From the human T2T-CHM13v2.0 reference genome, Homo sapiens, in the NCBI RefSeq assembly GCF_009914755.1, contig NC_060936.1: DNA of 64,000 nt. One strand, 5' to 3'. Numbering within the stretch: position 1 is the first letter of the stretch; each line of letters starts with the position of its first letter. Below the pieces are notes generated by a model. It saw only the letters and a program-made list of their open reading frames with translations, did no database searches and was not told the origin of the DNA. Positions 1 through 12,214 of this stretch are shown here, one piece after another. The translations under genes and the position numbers were made by a program.

Positions 1-267
1 CGTTTAACTCTCACAAGATCTCATGAGCTGAGTATTACCATCCTGTTGCTATTACGCCCCTTTTCCCCGTGAGATGCTTTGGACTTGGGAAAGTGAAGTG
101 GCATGTATGGTCACATGGCAGTCCTGACTCTGGGTGCAGTGTCTGCATCCCCTGTACCCTTTCATTCTTAACAAACACTTTCTTCTCCCAGCACCTTCAC
201 TGCACAGAATGCAGCTCATCAACGTCCATCTTGGCATCACCTGGAGCTTGTTACAAATAAAGGGTCT

Positions 268-824
268 TCTCAAGGATCTAGAACCAGAAATACCATTTGA
301 CCCAGCAATCCCATTACTGGGTATATACCCAAAGGATTATAAATCATTCTACTATAAAGACACATGCACACGTATGTTTATTGCAGCACTGTTCACAATA
401 GCAAAGACTTGGAACCAACCAAAATGCCCATCAGTGATAGACTGGCTAAAGAAAATGTGGCACATATACACCATGGAACACTATGCAGCCATAAAAAACG
501 ATGAGTTCATGTCCTCTGCAGGGACATGGATGAAGCTGGAAACCATCATTCCCAGCAAACTAACACAAGAACAGAAAACCAAACACCGCATGTTCTCACT
601 TATCAGTGGGAGCTGAACAATGAGAACACATGGACACAGGGAGGGGAACATCACACACCAGGGCCTGTTGGGGGGTCGGGGGCAAGGGGAGGGAGAGCAT
701 TAGGACAAATACCTAATGTAGATGACGGGTTGATGGATGAAGCAAACCACCATGGCACATGTTTACCTATGTAACAAACCTGCACGTTCTGCGCATATAT
801 CCCAGAACATAATGGAAAAAAAAA
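268..824 (+). mobile_element. 5'-truncated L1PA (L1PA6/7-like): ORF2 C-terminus, 3'UTR and poly(A)
   Basis: ORF 134..616 carries the L1 ORF2 C-terminal motif EIPFDPAIPLLGIYP...KWHIYTME-like region; G-rich 3'UTR; A-tail; TSD aaataaagggtct (255-267) / aaatacagggtct (825-837). Confidence 0.95.
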
Positions 825-871
825 AAATACAGGGTCTCAGGCTTCACCCAGACTCACTGACAGACTCTGTA

Positions 872-1191
872 CTTTTATTTATTTATTTATTTATTTATTT
901 ATTTTTGAGATGGAGTCTAGCTCTGTCGCTCATGCTGGGGTGTAGTGGCACCATCTCGGCTCAGTGCCAGCTCTGCCTCCTGGGTTCAAGTGATTTTCCT
1001 GCCTCAGCCTCCCAGGTAGCTGGGGTTACAGGTGCGTGCCACCATGCCTGGTTAATTTTTTTTTTCTATTTTTAGTAGAGACGGGGTTTCACCGTGTTAG
1101 CCAGGATGGTCTTGATCTCCTGACCTCGTGATCCGCCCGCCTTGGCCTCCCAAAGTGCTGGGATTACAGGCGTGAGTCACCATGCCCGGCC
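872..1191 (-). mobile_element. Full-length Alu, AluSc-like, with (TTTA)n tail
   Basis: Both Alu arms antisense; gttagccaggatggtc...ctcgtgatcc diagnostic stretch; flanking cagactct at 861-868 and 1192-1199. Confidence 0.95.
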
Positions 1192-1952
1192 CAGACTCTA
1201 ACAAGATCCCAGCAGGTTGTCTGCCTGCTGGATTTCAGTGGAACCACTCCATGAATGATCAAAGCAGCAGAGAGCAGCACCTGCTACAAAAGCCCCACCT
1301 CTCCCTTCTTTGCAGGAGGAAATTCTGTAGAGAGAAAGCTCATTTTGACCCATATATTTTTGTTCTTTAGTGCCCTCATTACAAGGTGATTGCATGTAGA
1401 AGGCAGTTTGCTCTCACAGACCTTGGAAAAAATTGTGTTTCCCATAAACAGACTTTAGATGTAATGATTCATTTTAGCAAACATTTATCATGTCTTCTGT
1501 GCCAGGCACAGTGTGAGGTGCAGGCCTTAGTGATTTCCCAAAGGAAGTGGCCAAACATGCTACTCCCTGCTTATTGGGATTCAGCCAATTCCTGGTCTTA
1601 AAGTTGTTTGTTTATAAGAAAATTGTATCTGCAGTTCCCTTAATGCTGCTCTCTTGTCAATTCATTCATTAGTTAACAGACATTTAAAGAATGTGTGCAA
1701 GACACTACAGAAGTCTTTTTTGTTTATACATAATCAGCTTTTACATTAAAGTATACCCTGAAGTAATTCTTCAATGAGCACATATTTTTAAAATGAAGTT
1801 TTTTGTTGTTATTGTTGTTTGAGTTCTGGCAATTTTATTATGAATTTTATGGCTAAGAGAGTTCTTCCAGTTTAAGTATTTTGAAACTTTTAACCAATTT
1901 CTTCCTTGAAAATCTGTCTCAAAGAAGAGTAAACTTAGAAATCAAATGATGA

Positions 1953-2301
1953 GGCCAGGCACGAAGGCTTACACCTGTAATCCCAGCACTTTGGCAGGCC
2001 AAGGCAGGTGGATCACGAGTTCAGGAGTTTGAGACCAGCCTGGCCAACATGGTGAAACCCTGTCTCTACTAAAAATACAAAAATTAGCTGGGCTTGGTGG
2101 TGCACACTTGCAATCCTAGCTACTGGGGAGGCTGGGGAAGGAGAATGGCTTGAACCCAGGAGGCACAAACATACACTGAAAACATGATGCTAATGGCTCT
2201 TGCAGTGAGCTGACATCGTGCCACTGCACTCCAGCCTGGATAACAGAGCAAGACTCCATCTCAGAAAAAAAAAAAAAAAAAAGAAAAAGAAAAAGAAAAA
2301 C
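1953..2301 (+). mobile_element. Alu, AluSg-like, carrying a ~35-bp foreign insertion in the right arm
   Basis: ggccaggc...taatcccagcactttg...aaaaatacaaaaattagc...A-tail; degenerate TSD aaatcaaatgatga (1939-1952) / aaacaaatgctga (2302-2314). Confidence 0.95.
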
Positions 2302-2884
2302 AAACAAATGCTGAAACTTTGTAGGATTTATTGGCTCCACAGCAATTTAACTTGAAAGATTTTCAAATTCAGCAGAAAAATAGAAAAGACAGCAATTTGA
2401 TAGTGTTTAATTTATTTGATTTTATCCAAGGACTGACCTCTTACATAACAAGCCTGTTAGAGTACCTGGCATTTCACAGGGGTGATGAATTTAAATATTT
2501 CAGATCCCCATTAAACATTTATTTGTCATATCAAGATGTATTTTCAAAGTCACTCACTGGACACTCTATTTCTTTGGGGGAATCTGTACCTCTAAAAAGC
2601 CCATGAAGGACAGATTCACTACAAATAAAAGCATCCCATCACGTAACTTAATTTGGCCTTGGAGTGTTACAGAATGCCAAGCCTTCAGGTACAGAGAATA
2701 TTTCCTCTTAGATCTACATTGCAGACTGACTCTATGTTGGCTTGGGAGCTTTTGTGGAGTCAATAGATACTGAAGACCAACAAATTTGGTTCACACCACT
2801 TTGAAAGATGTTAAAAAAAAATTTTCTAAAGAAGTCATCCATCCCAAGAGGCGTGTTGATGGTAATTGATTATCTTTTAATCAA

Positions 2885-3045
2885 ATGTTTTTAGGTATAT
2901 TTACAGACAATAAATGTGTGCAATTCTGTATACAGTTCCATGAGTTTTCATAAATAGATATATACCCATGTAACCGTCACCTCAATCATTCCCATCACCC
3001 CAGAAATTTACCTATTTACTGTCCATTTTCTTTCTCCCAGATACC
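2885..3045 (-). mobile_element. Old L1M(E)-type 3' end fragment
   Basis: tatttacagacaataaatg...catgtaaccgtcacctcaatca...cccatcaccccagaaa resembles antisense L1ME/MC 3' UTR. Confidence 0.5.
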
Positions 3046-3569
3046 ATGCTTAGTGATCTATAATGTGTCACAATTCTCATTAAACACTTTGAAATAGACA
3101 ATAGTACTTCCTTTCCAAAATAAAAAACGAAATGGTTAGGGAGATCATAGCATTTGCCCAGTCGCTGAGCTACTTACTCAGTGACAACACTGAAATGCCT
3201 GACTCCAGTTCCTTAATCAGACCTGATCATATTAACGTATTACAACTCCTTGACCCCAGTGATCTGCGCATAGTGGCAAGTCAACAAATGTTTGCTAAAT
3301 AGATAAAAAAGAGTGTTACAATTTTGTATATTTCTAACTCTTAGTATATCTCCCTATATAAGTTATCCTGTTTTCAAATGATGTTGGTGAACATTTTAGG
3401 TACTTTGTTCATGTGTCTGGATTGGTGTAGCCTTGCAAATCGCAGAGACATGTTCCTAAAGAAAGCAAAGTAATCCCTACTTCACTTGGAATAATAAGAA
3501 ACTAAAAATTAGAACCTCCAATTATTGAGCATTTACTACTTGCCAGGCTCTGCTGTTTACCCTATTCCC

Positions 3570-3773
3570 ATTTAGTGTTCAAGAGCACAGTCTCTAAATC
3601 CTGACTTCTTGGGTTCAAATCCCAACTCTCCTTCTTATTAGCTGTGTTTTTCAGGTATATTATTTTAGATTCATATGTTTCAGTTTCTGTATCTTTGAAA
3701 TGGGGTAATAATAGTACCTACATAATTCATGAGAATTAAGCAGTTGGAAATGCTTAGAAAAGTGCCTGGCATA
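3570..3773 (+). mobile_element. MIR SINE, interrupted near its 3' end by the L1 at 3774
   Basis: gggttcaaatcccaactct...cagtttctgtatctttgaaatggggtaataatagtaccta...cttagaaaagtgcctggcata is the MIR core. Confidence 0.85.
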
Positions 3774-4590
3774 CACTTCTCAAAAGAAGACATTTATGCA
3801 GCCAAAAAAACACATGAGAAAATGCTCAACATCACCGGCCATCAGAGAAATGCAAATCAAAACCACAATGAGATACCATCTCACACCAGTCAGAATGGCA
3901 ATCATTAAAAAGTCAGGAAACAACAGGTGCTGGAGAGGATGTGGAGAAATAGGAACACTTTTACACTGTTGGTGGGACTGTAAACTAGTTCAACCATTGT
4001 GGAAGTCAGTGTGGCGATTCCTCAGGGATCTAGAACTAGAAATACCATTTGACCCAGCCATCCCATTACTGGGTATATACCCAAAGGAGTATAAATCATG
4101 CTGCTATAAAGACACATGCACACGTATGTTTATTGCAGCACTATTCACAATAGCAAAGACTTGGAACCGACCCAAATGTCCAACAATGATAGACTGGATT
4201 AAGAAAATGTGGCACATATACACCATGGAATACTATGCAGCCATAAAAATGATGAGTTCACGTCCTTTGTAGGGACATGGATGAAATTGGAAATCATCAT
4301 TCTCAGTAAACTATCTCAAGAACAAAAAACCAAACACCGCATATTCTCACTTATAGGTGGGAATTGAACAATGAGAACATATGGACACAGGAAGGGGAAC
4401 ATCACACTCTGGAGACTGTTGTTGGGTGGGGGGAGGGGGGAGGGAGAGCACTGGGAGATATACCTAATGCTAGATGACGAGTTAGTGGGTGCAGCGCACC
4501 AGCATGTCACATGTATACATGTGTAACTAACCTGCACATTGTGCACATGTACCCTAAAACTTAAAGTATAATAATACAAAAAAAAAAAAA
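3774..4590 (+). mobile_element. Young 5'-truncated L1PA2/3-like element
   Basis: ORF 3796..4272 is the ORF2 C-terminal Cys-rich region ([18 protein letters not shown]); 3'UTR gatgacGAGttagtgggtgcagcgcacc; poly(A); perfect 18-bp TSD agaaaagtgcctggcata at 3756-3773 and 4591-4608. Confidence 0.97.
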
Positions 4591-5076
4591 AGAAAAGTGC
4601 CTGGCATATATGAGGCAATTTGGGGGTTGGAGGGGGAGTTACTATTATCTATCTCATTGAAACATTTTAAAAATTTCAATTAAAACCTATCTTTCCACTT
4701 TTAAAATTACATTCCAAAATCAAGGAAGATATTGTGGTTCATACTGCCCCACAGAAAATTTAAGTAACACTTCAGAATAGTTTTTCCCTGTGTAAGAATT
4801 TTCAAATATCTGAACAGACTTTTGACAGAATCTTCATATTATATCCACGTATAAAATACATGTAGAAACCACAGAATTGCAATAAATGTAAAATAACACC
4901 ACTAACAAACTAGAGTCATTAACTGTGGAAACCCCATTCTCAAGTAAACACTGAGGTGAGGGAGTCTAAATGGCAAACCAATAGCTCACAGTCCACTCAG
5001 CTGACATTAGAGTCAGGCAAAGATGTGAACCTGCATTTTGTAGAGTGAATATTTAGCTAAGAAAAAAATAAACAGG

Positions 5077-7167
5077 ATGGTGAAAGACTGAACATTTTTC
5101 CCCTAATATCTGTTCTCGCCACTTCTAGTCAACATTTTATTGCAGGTAACAGCCAGGGCAATTAGGTAATAAAATAAAATAAAATGCATTTGGATTGGAA
5201 ATGAAGAAGTAAAACTATCTGTATTGTAATATCTGGTAGATAGAAAATCCTATGAAATCCTCTAAAACTATTAGAACTAATAAATGAGTTCAGCAAGTTT
5301 GCACCATACCAATATCAATGTACAAAAATGAATTGTTTTTCTATACAGTATCAATAAGCAAACTTGCAATGAAATTAAGAAAACAACACCATTTAGAATG
5401 GCATCAGAAAGGATTAAATACTTAGGGGTAAACATAACAAAAGACATGTTAAACTCATATTCTGAAAATTCCAAAACAACATTGTTAAAAGAAATTACTG
5501 AAGACCTAAATAAATAAAAAGAGATTCAATGTTCATAGATCAAAAGATTCAATATTGTTACAATGAAAATATTCCCAAAATTAATGTACAGATTCAATGC
5601 AATCTTTATCAAAATATTGGCTGAATTCTTTGCTTGAACTGACAAACTGAAACTAAAATGTATATGGAAATTCAAGAGACCTAAGGTAGCCAAAATAATC
5701 ATAAGCAGGAAGGACAAAGTTGGAGAACTCACACTTTCCAAATTCAAAACTTACTAAAAAGCAACACTAATCAAGACAAAGTGGTACTGGCCTATGAGTA
5801 GACATGTAAATCAGTGGAATGGAATAGAGAATCCTCTAATAAACTCTCACATTTACAATTAATTGCTTTTTGACAAAGTTGCCAAGGCAAGTACATGGGG
5901 AAAGAATAATCTTTTCAACAAGTGATGTTGGGATAGCTGGATAGCCTATGCAAGAAAATGAAGTCAGACCCTTACCTCACACCTCACACCATATTCACAA
6001 ATTAACTCAAAACAAATCAAAGACTTAAATGTGAAAGCTAAATATACAAAACTATTAGAAAAACATAGGTATAAGTCTTCATGATCTCAGATTTGGCAGT
6101 GGTTTCCTAAATATAACACCAAAAGCATAAGCATCCAAAGAAATATAAATAAATTAGACTTCACAATCAAAACTTTTGTACTTTAATGAACACTACCAAG
6201 GAAGTACAAAGACAACTCACAGAATGGGATAAAAGTTTTGAAAATTATATATCTAATAAGGGACTTATATCTAGCATATATAAAGACCTTTTATAACTCA
6301 ATAAGAGGAGACAAGGAACCCAATTAAAATATCTGAATAGGATCCTGCATAAGCAAAGGGTATGACTAGATATTTTCCCAAAGAAGACATATGAAGAGCC
6401 AATAAGTACATGAAAGAATGCCAAACATTATTAGTCAATAGGGAAATGCAAATCAAAATTGTGATGAAATACCTCTTCAAACACACTAAGATGGTTATAA
6501 TGAAAAAGTCATATAATGACAAGTGTTGTTGAGGATATGGAGAAATCTAACCCTCAAACACTGTTGGTGGGAATGTAAAATGGTATGGCCTCTTTGGAAA
6601 GCAATGGCAGTCTCTCAAAAAGTTAAACATAGACTTATTTCACCCAAAAATTCTACTCCTACATACCCCAAGAAAACGGAAAGCATACATCCATACAAAA
6701 CTTTGTCTATGAATGCTCATAGAAGCATGATTAATAATAGTCAAAAGGTGAAAGTAACCCAAATATCCAGTATATCCATACAATGAAATATGATATGGCA
6801 ATAAAAAGCAATGGAGTGTCAGTATTCATGCTACAGCACAAACATACACTGAAACCATGATGCTAAGTGATAGAAGCCAGTCATAAAGGACCACCCGTTG
6901 TAAGATTCCATTGATAAGAAATGTGCAGAATATATAAACCTATAGACACAGAACATAGATTTGTGGTTGCCTAGGGCTAGGAAGGATGGGGGGACAATGG
7001 AGAGTGATAGCTAACAGGTATGGTGTTTTTTTCCTGGGGTACCAAAAATATTCTAAAATAGATAGATAGTGGCAATAATTGCACAGTTCTATGAATATAC
7101 TAACATTACTGAATTTTATACTTTAAATGAAAGAATTGTGTGGTATGCAAATTATATCTCAAATAAC
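5077..7167 (+). mobile_element. Old L1MB-like element: degraded ORF2 RT to C-terminus and 3' UTR
   Basis: Frameshifted ORF2 motifs (LKHCWWECKMV in ORF 6523..6786); 3' end gtggttgcctagggct...aattatatctcaaataa typical of L1MB. Confidence 0.85.
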
Positions 7168-7169
7168 TT

Positions 7170-8075
7170 CTACAAGAATCAGAAACATAAGGGCACAGTA
7201 AGTTTAAAACTAAAAGAACAGGAAAATATATATTTTACAAGCTGGAACCCAAAGAAAGATGGCCTGGCTACACTACAATCAGGCAGTAAACTTTAAGGCA
7301 ATGTATATTACCATCAATAAAGAAGGACATTTAAGTATGATAAAGAGGTCTATCTACTGATGATATCATAATTTTAATTTGCACAAAACCAGTAATAATA
7401 GCTTCAAAATATATAAAGGAAAAATTGATTAAAAAAATAGAAAGTGATGCCTCACACCAAAAACAGAAATCTTTAATACTCACAATAGCTAATAGAATGA
7501 GCTCATGCACACACACAATCAGGAAGTATACAGATAATTGGAATACCACAATTAACAAACGTACCTAACTGACGTTAGAGAACACCCTTGCCAACAATGA
7601 CTGAAAATACTCTTTTCCAGTGCATAATAAAACACTTAGCAAAACTGTCCACATGCCAGTCCATAACGTAAACATCAACACATCTCAGAAGATTAAAATC
7701 AATCAGAGTATGTTTTTTGATCACAGTGGAATTAGACTGCGTATTATTAACAGAATAATAATTAGAAAATCTCCAACTGATTGGAAGTTAAAAGCACATG
7801 TCTACATTTCATCATTAGTTCAAGTAAGAATCATGTTGGAAATTAGAAAATACTTTAAAGGAAGTGAAAATGAAGATGCAACATACTAAAATTGTTAAAG
7901 TGTAGCTAAAGAAGTGCTTAGAGTGAAATTTTAGTATTAAATGCATGTTAGAAAAGACAAAAGACTAAATTGGTGATTTGAAATTCCGTTTCAAGAAAAT
8001 AAAAAAGATACAGCAAATCAAGCCCAAAGAAAGTAGACAAAGAGTAATAATAATAATAAATAAAATAAGAAATAA
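7170..8075 (+). mobile_element. Very old L1M ORF2 endonuclease-region fragment
   Basis: ORF 7620..7889 has SMFFDHSGIRL (L1 EN SDH motif) followed by WKL...IRKYF. Confidence 0.75.
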
Positions 8076-8354
8076 CAATAATAATTCCTCTATCCTAGAA
8101 ATGTATTTTAAAAGGCTGTATGTAAAATGGTTGGCACAGTGCCAGAAGCATAGTTAGGCTGCAATACACATTAGTTAGTTATTTTTATTACCAGCACAGC
8201 AACAAGAAAAATGGAAAGATCCATCTCATTTCTCTTCAGGGGCAACATGTGCTTTTGACAGTGTCTGTTTTCGTTGTGATATCCTCTTCCTAGTGGAAAA
8301 TCAGCTCACAGAGCTTCTGGTGGAAATTTTAAGTGAGCATGGGAAGGAACAAGT

Positions 8355-8570
8355 GGAACTAACATTTATTGCCTCCTTCTATGTGCCAGACACTCTGCTA
8401 GGCACACTGCTCATGTTCTTTTATTCCACCCTTACAAGAACCTAGAGAGGTAGAGATTCATCAGCACATTTCACTTTGGCCACTGAGGCTTCTAGAGGTG
8501 AAGCATCTAACCCATCATTCAGCTGGTGAGGGCAGAGGCCGGATTTAGCCATCCGCCTGAGCTTAAACCC
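8355..8570 (-). mobile_element. MIR SINE
   Basis: ctaacatttattg...tatgtgccagacactctgctaggca...actgaggct...agctggtgagggcagag is an antisense MIR pattern. Confidence 0.7.
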
Positions 8571-8977
8571 AGGGACATGCATGAAACTGAATCATCAAAG
8601 TATCCCTTTAGCTATGAGGTAAATGAATCCTGGCTAAATCAGTATATTCTTAGCTGCCTTCCCTTTTGGGTCCCAACCTGGGAGCATTGTTTTTATGCTT
8701 CCCTCAATCCCAAAAGCATTTAACATATATATTTGTGTGCATTTTGGAGTGACGTTGGCTTGGGACTAATCTTCCTCCAGCCCACCTCCAGACACTCACA
8801 GCAGCAGAGAACTGGCCCTTCATATGCAGGAGCAAGGCACAGTGTGGAAGGTGTCCTGCTGCCTGGGTGCAGAGCAGTGACCTCACCCAGCTGATGATAA
8901 AGGTATGAAGAGTCATTCCAATAGAGCAGGAGTGAAGGGGAGACACTCAGGACTAACGTTTCCTCAGGACCTACTCT
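8452..8977 (+). repeat. Copy A of an ancient ~520-bp local direct duplication (partner 10989-11507)
   Basis: Collinear shared blocks: agcacatttcactt, ctagaggtgaagcat, agggacatgca, atcatcaaag, cctggctaaat, ggcttgggact, aggtgtcctgctgcctg, agctgatgataaag, tcctcaggacctactct. Confidence 0.92.
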
Positions 8978-10579
8978 GTTCCAGGCCACATATGAGGTCT
9001 GTGTGTGAGCTGCATCTCCATGTCTGCTTCTCTATGACTAGACAGGGTCAGAACTTTCCATCTTTCCATTCCTCAGTTTCCAACTGGGGGGAGAGATGTT
9101 AAAGGTGGCTGAAGTTTGACTACGCACACAACATAGAGTGAGCACCCCACATCCTCCCATTGTTGCTACAGTGACCCGAATCTGATACTGTAATCCACTG
9201 GGGGTGGGAGGGCATGCAGGTAATCGATCACTTAATGGTAATTATAGTAAGTGTGATCTTCAGATTGAAAAAACAGAATTGTTCTTCAACACCACATAGT
9301 ATGAATCTGTCCCCATACAGTTCTGTGTGGCTTCTGTAAAAGGTCAAAAGCTATAAAAAGCCAATAAACTGGATGCTATATTTCCATTGCATTGGCCAGA
9401 GATGTGATACACAGCCTATTATCCATTTTTTCTTTCTGTATGAAGAACGCATTCAGACTATATAGTAGAGTTATTAGAGAAAACGGATGCTTTAAGAAGA
9501 TACCCTTCATCAGACTGTTTAGAATTTAAATCTCAAAATTTGGTATTTTAGAAAAGTACTAATATCTAATTTAATCAATAAGTTCATCTGTCAGACAAAA
9601 GAAAGCAATAATCTTTTTTGATTGAAAGCGACTTTGTTTTGTGATCCAGCCCCTCCTTCTACCACAAAAGAAAGACAACCAAGATGTAGTAATCTAGAGG
9701 GCTTCCCAGCATGCCAGGGTTGCTGCTGCCAAGCCCATGACCAAATCCTTTTATTTCTGCTACTGGCATTTCCTAAATTCTCCCCAAATGTCAATATTTT
9801 TACAAAACAAGCTATCTGCTGTCACTTTAAATAAATGTGTTAACAGCCTTAAATAGAAAGCTAAACACTTTATCTAAATTGATAAACTAACAAGTCATCA
9901 TAACCAAAAGAAAATGTGAAGAAGCTGCTTTTGCTAAATTTCTTGTTCTTAAGACAGAGCCAGGGAACTGAGATGGTGCAAATGCTTTTAGTCATTCAAC
10001 ACATGAGAAAGAAGATTCACTGCTGATAACCAAAGGCAAAATTCCCTCTGAAACCCTCTGAAATATTTACTGGAAAAATTTGCACCGTGTGATCATAATC
10101 TAATTTCTAGTAATTGCTCCTTCTATAAAATCTATGATGGAGCTGTTCCTGGTCCCAGTACCCAGCTTTCAGAGATGTGACCTTTTGGAAGTCTCTGGGG
10201 GAAACACAGAGAGTGGGATGTAGAGGGTTGCTAGCAAAACATTGGGAAATATTTTATTTATGTCATGATAGACATTTGGATTCATGGGACCAAGAGCATG
10301 ATTATTTCTCACCTAACCAAAGGTGGACAATCAGAACAGAATTTTTATACGAAAGAAAAATTTATCTTGCCATTGCAACATTTCCCAGTGCCATGGTTCC
10401 CCCCCACCACCTCCTCTCATCACCAAGGCAACCAGAGTTATTATGGAAAGTCAGCCAGCCACTGTGCCCTTGGCTCACATTTCCACAGAGAAGTTTTTTT
10501 TTTTTTTTTCCTTCGTTAGCTCTTAGCATCTTGATACACTGTTATCAAGCGTAAAATGATCAGGAGAATCCTACTTAGT

Positions 10580-10755
10580 AGTGTTTCTCAGAATGTAGTC
10601 TCAACCCCACTTACATCAGCATCATGTGTGAGGCTTACGAATGCTGATCCCCAGATCCCTTCCCCAGACCCGTTATATCATTGAGGGGCCTAGGGATATG
10701 CATTGTAACAGGCACTCCAAGTGATACTTAAGGCTCTAAAATGTAATAACTGCTG
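10580..10755 (+). mobile_element. MER5A/MER5B-like hAT MITE
   Basis: agtgtttctcagaatgtagtc...catcagcatca...ccccagacc...gcattgtaacaggcactccaagtgat...actgctg. Confidence 0.65.
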
Positions 10756-10988
10756 ATATAAGGGAAAGGTCATAGAGGATTATAATTCCTTACCTATTCA
10801 TGCTGTTTAACTGATAAGGAAATGCAGCTTTCTAGAGGGAAATCACATTGCTTTATGCCGGAGCAATTTATACTTTTAACCGCTTGTCTTGTTGAACCAG
10901 GATCCCTGGTTCCACCCAGTGCCAACTGAACACTCTTAACAGAAGTCCTGAGAGTCATTAGTGTGTTGTCCTCGATACCACATAGGGC

Positions 10989-11507
10989 AGAGATTAAAAA
11001 GCACATTTCACTTCAGCCACTGAGGTTCCTAGAGGTGAAGCATTTAACCCGTCATTCAGCTATGAGGGCAGATCCAGGATTTAGACAGCCACCACCCTAA
11101 GTCTAAACCTAGGGACATGCACTAAACTGCATCATCAAAGCATCCATTTAGCTGTGGGGTAAATGCAACCTGGCTAAATTGGGATATTCCTAACTGCCTT
11201 CTCATCCAGGTCCCAATGTCAGAGCATTGCTTTTACGCTTTTCCTCAGCCCTGAAAGAACGTAGCACATATATTTGCACACACTTTCAAGTGGCCCTGGC
11301 TTGGGACTTGTTTTTTCTCAGCTCACCTCACACACTCCTGGCACAGAACTGGCCACACATATGCAGAAGCAAGGAACAAGGACAGGTGTCCTGCTGCCTG
11401 AATGCAGAGCAGTGACCACACTGAGCTGATGATAAAGAAATCAAGAGCTATTCCAAAAGGAGTGAAGGAGAGGGACTCAAGAATAACATATCCTCAGGAC
11501 CTACTCT
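10989..11507 (+). repeat. Copy B of the ~520-bp local direct duplication (partner 8452-8977)
   Basis: Same collinear blocks as copy A; by eye about 75-85% identical. Confidence 0.92.
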
Positions 11508-11994
11508 ACACCATGAATCATCAACGATTCAGGGCATTCTTTTCTCTGACTTCAGACCAAAGTGGGCCTGTGGCTGACTGGACAGAGTACATACTGAAGT
11601 GTTATGTACTTGTATAGCCATTCAACCATTTTTATTGCATTTATTTTTTTCAACACATATGGCCTAGAGATTTCAGATGTTATTAATACGGAAAAACGAC
11701 CATTAGACTTTGTTACCTATAACATTTACCTGGCCAATTAAGACAGTATTTTAGTTTACTACATTTTCTTTCTGACATCTGCTAATCCAGTTCAAATAGT
11801 TAATATGATACTCCTTACAGATGGAGTCTAAAACCATATTTGGCTTCTGGTTTTCTTTAATTATTTATTACATAGTCAAAATAAATGCATTAGGAAGTTT
11901 TAATGCAATCTGATACTATCCCAGAGGTGATCTGTATTGTCACAGTGAACAGTCATTCATATTATTAAGAAATTGCATAATCTTTTTCTGAAAT

Positions 11995-12090
11995 TAAAAA
12001 AAAATTACAGGTACATAGTAGGTATATATTTTTATGGGGTACACGAAATACTTCGATACAGACCTGCAATAAGTAATAATCACATCATTT
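11995..12090 (-). mobile_element. Short L1MA-type 3' end fragment
   Basis: ggtacatagtaggtatatatttttatggggtaca...gataca...tgcaat...taataatcacatcat. Confidence 0.75.
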
Positions 12091-12214
12091 TATATGATTT
12101 TGAAATATCCTTTCTCCTTTTACATTTAAGTAACCCTTGAAAAACTAGTCCACGAAGCTTGCTTATCTCCCTAAAATAGAGGTTCCAAATGGCTCCTGTG
12201 TTTTCTTTTTTGAA

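Larger units (their letters stand above)
210..1248 (+). mobile_element. MER5A-like hAT-Charlie MITE, split into three pieces by an L1 and an Alu
   Basis: catcacctggagcttgttacaaata (~235-259), caggcttcacccagactcactgacagactctg (838-869) and taacaagatccc...ggaaccact (1199-1248) follow the MER5A consensus in order once the two inserts are removed. Confidence 0.7.

Noticed and set aside
134-4272. 158-160 aa ORFs at 134..616 and 3796..4272 (also 32273..32874) as a paralogous gene family
   Set aside because: All are the L1 ORF2 C-terminus in independent 5'-truncated insertions, each with its own TSD
9567-9577. Perfect DUX4-type motif TAATTTAATCA
   Set aside because: One or two such matches are expected by chance in 64 kb of AT-rich DNA
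8452-11507. The two ~520-bp direct repeats as paired LTRs of a provirus
   Set aside because: No TG...CA termini, TSD, PBS/PPT or gag/pol remnants are visible, and the unit starts within a MIR
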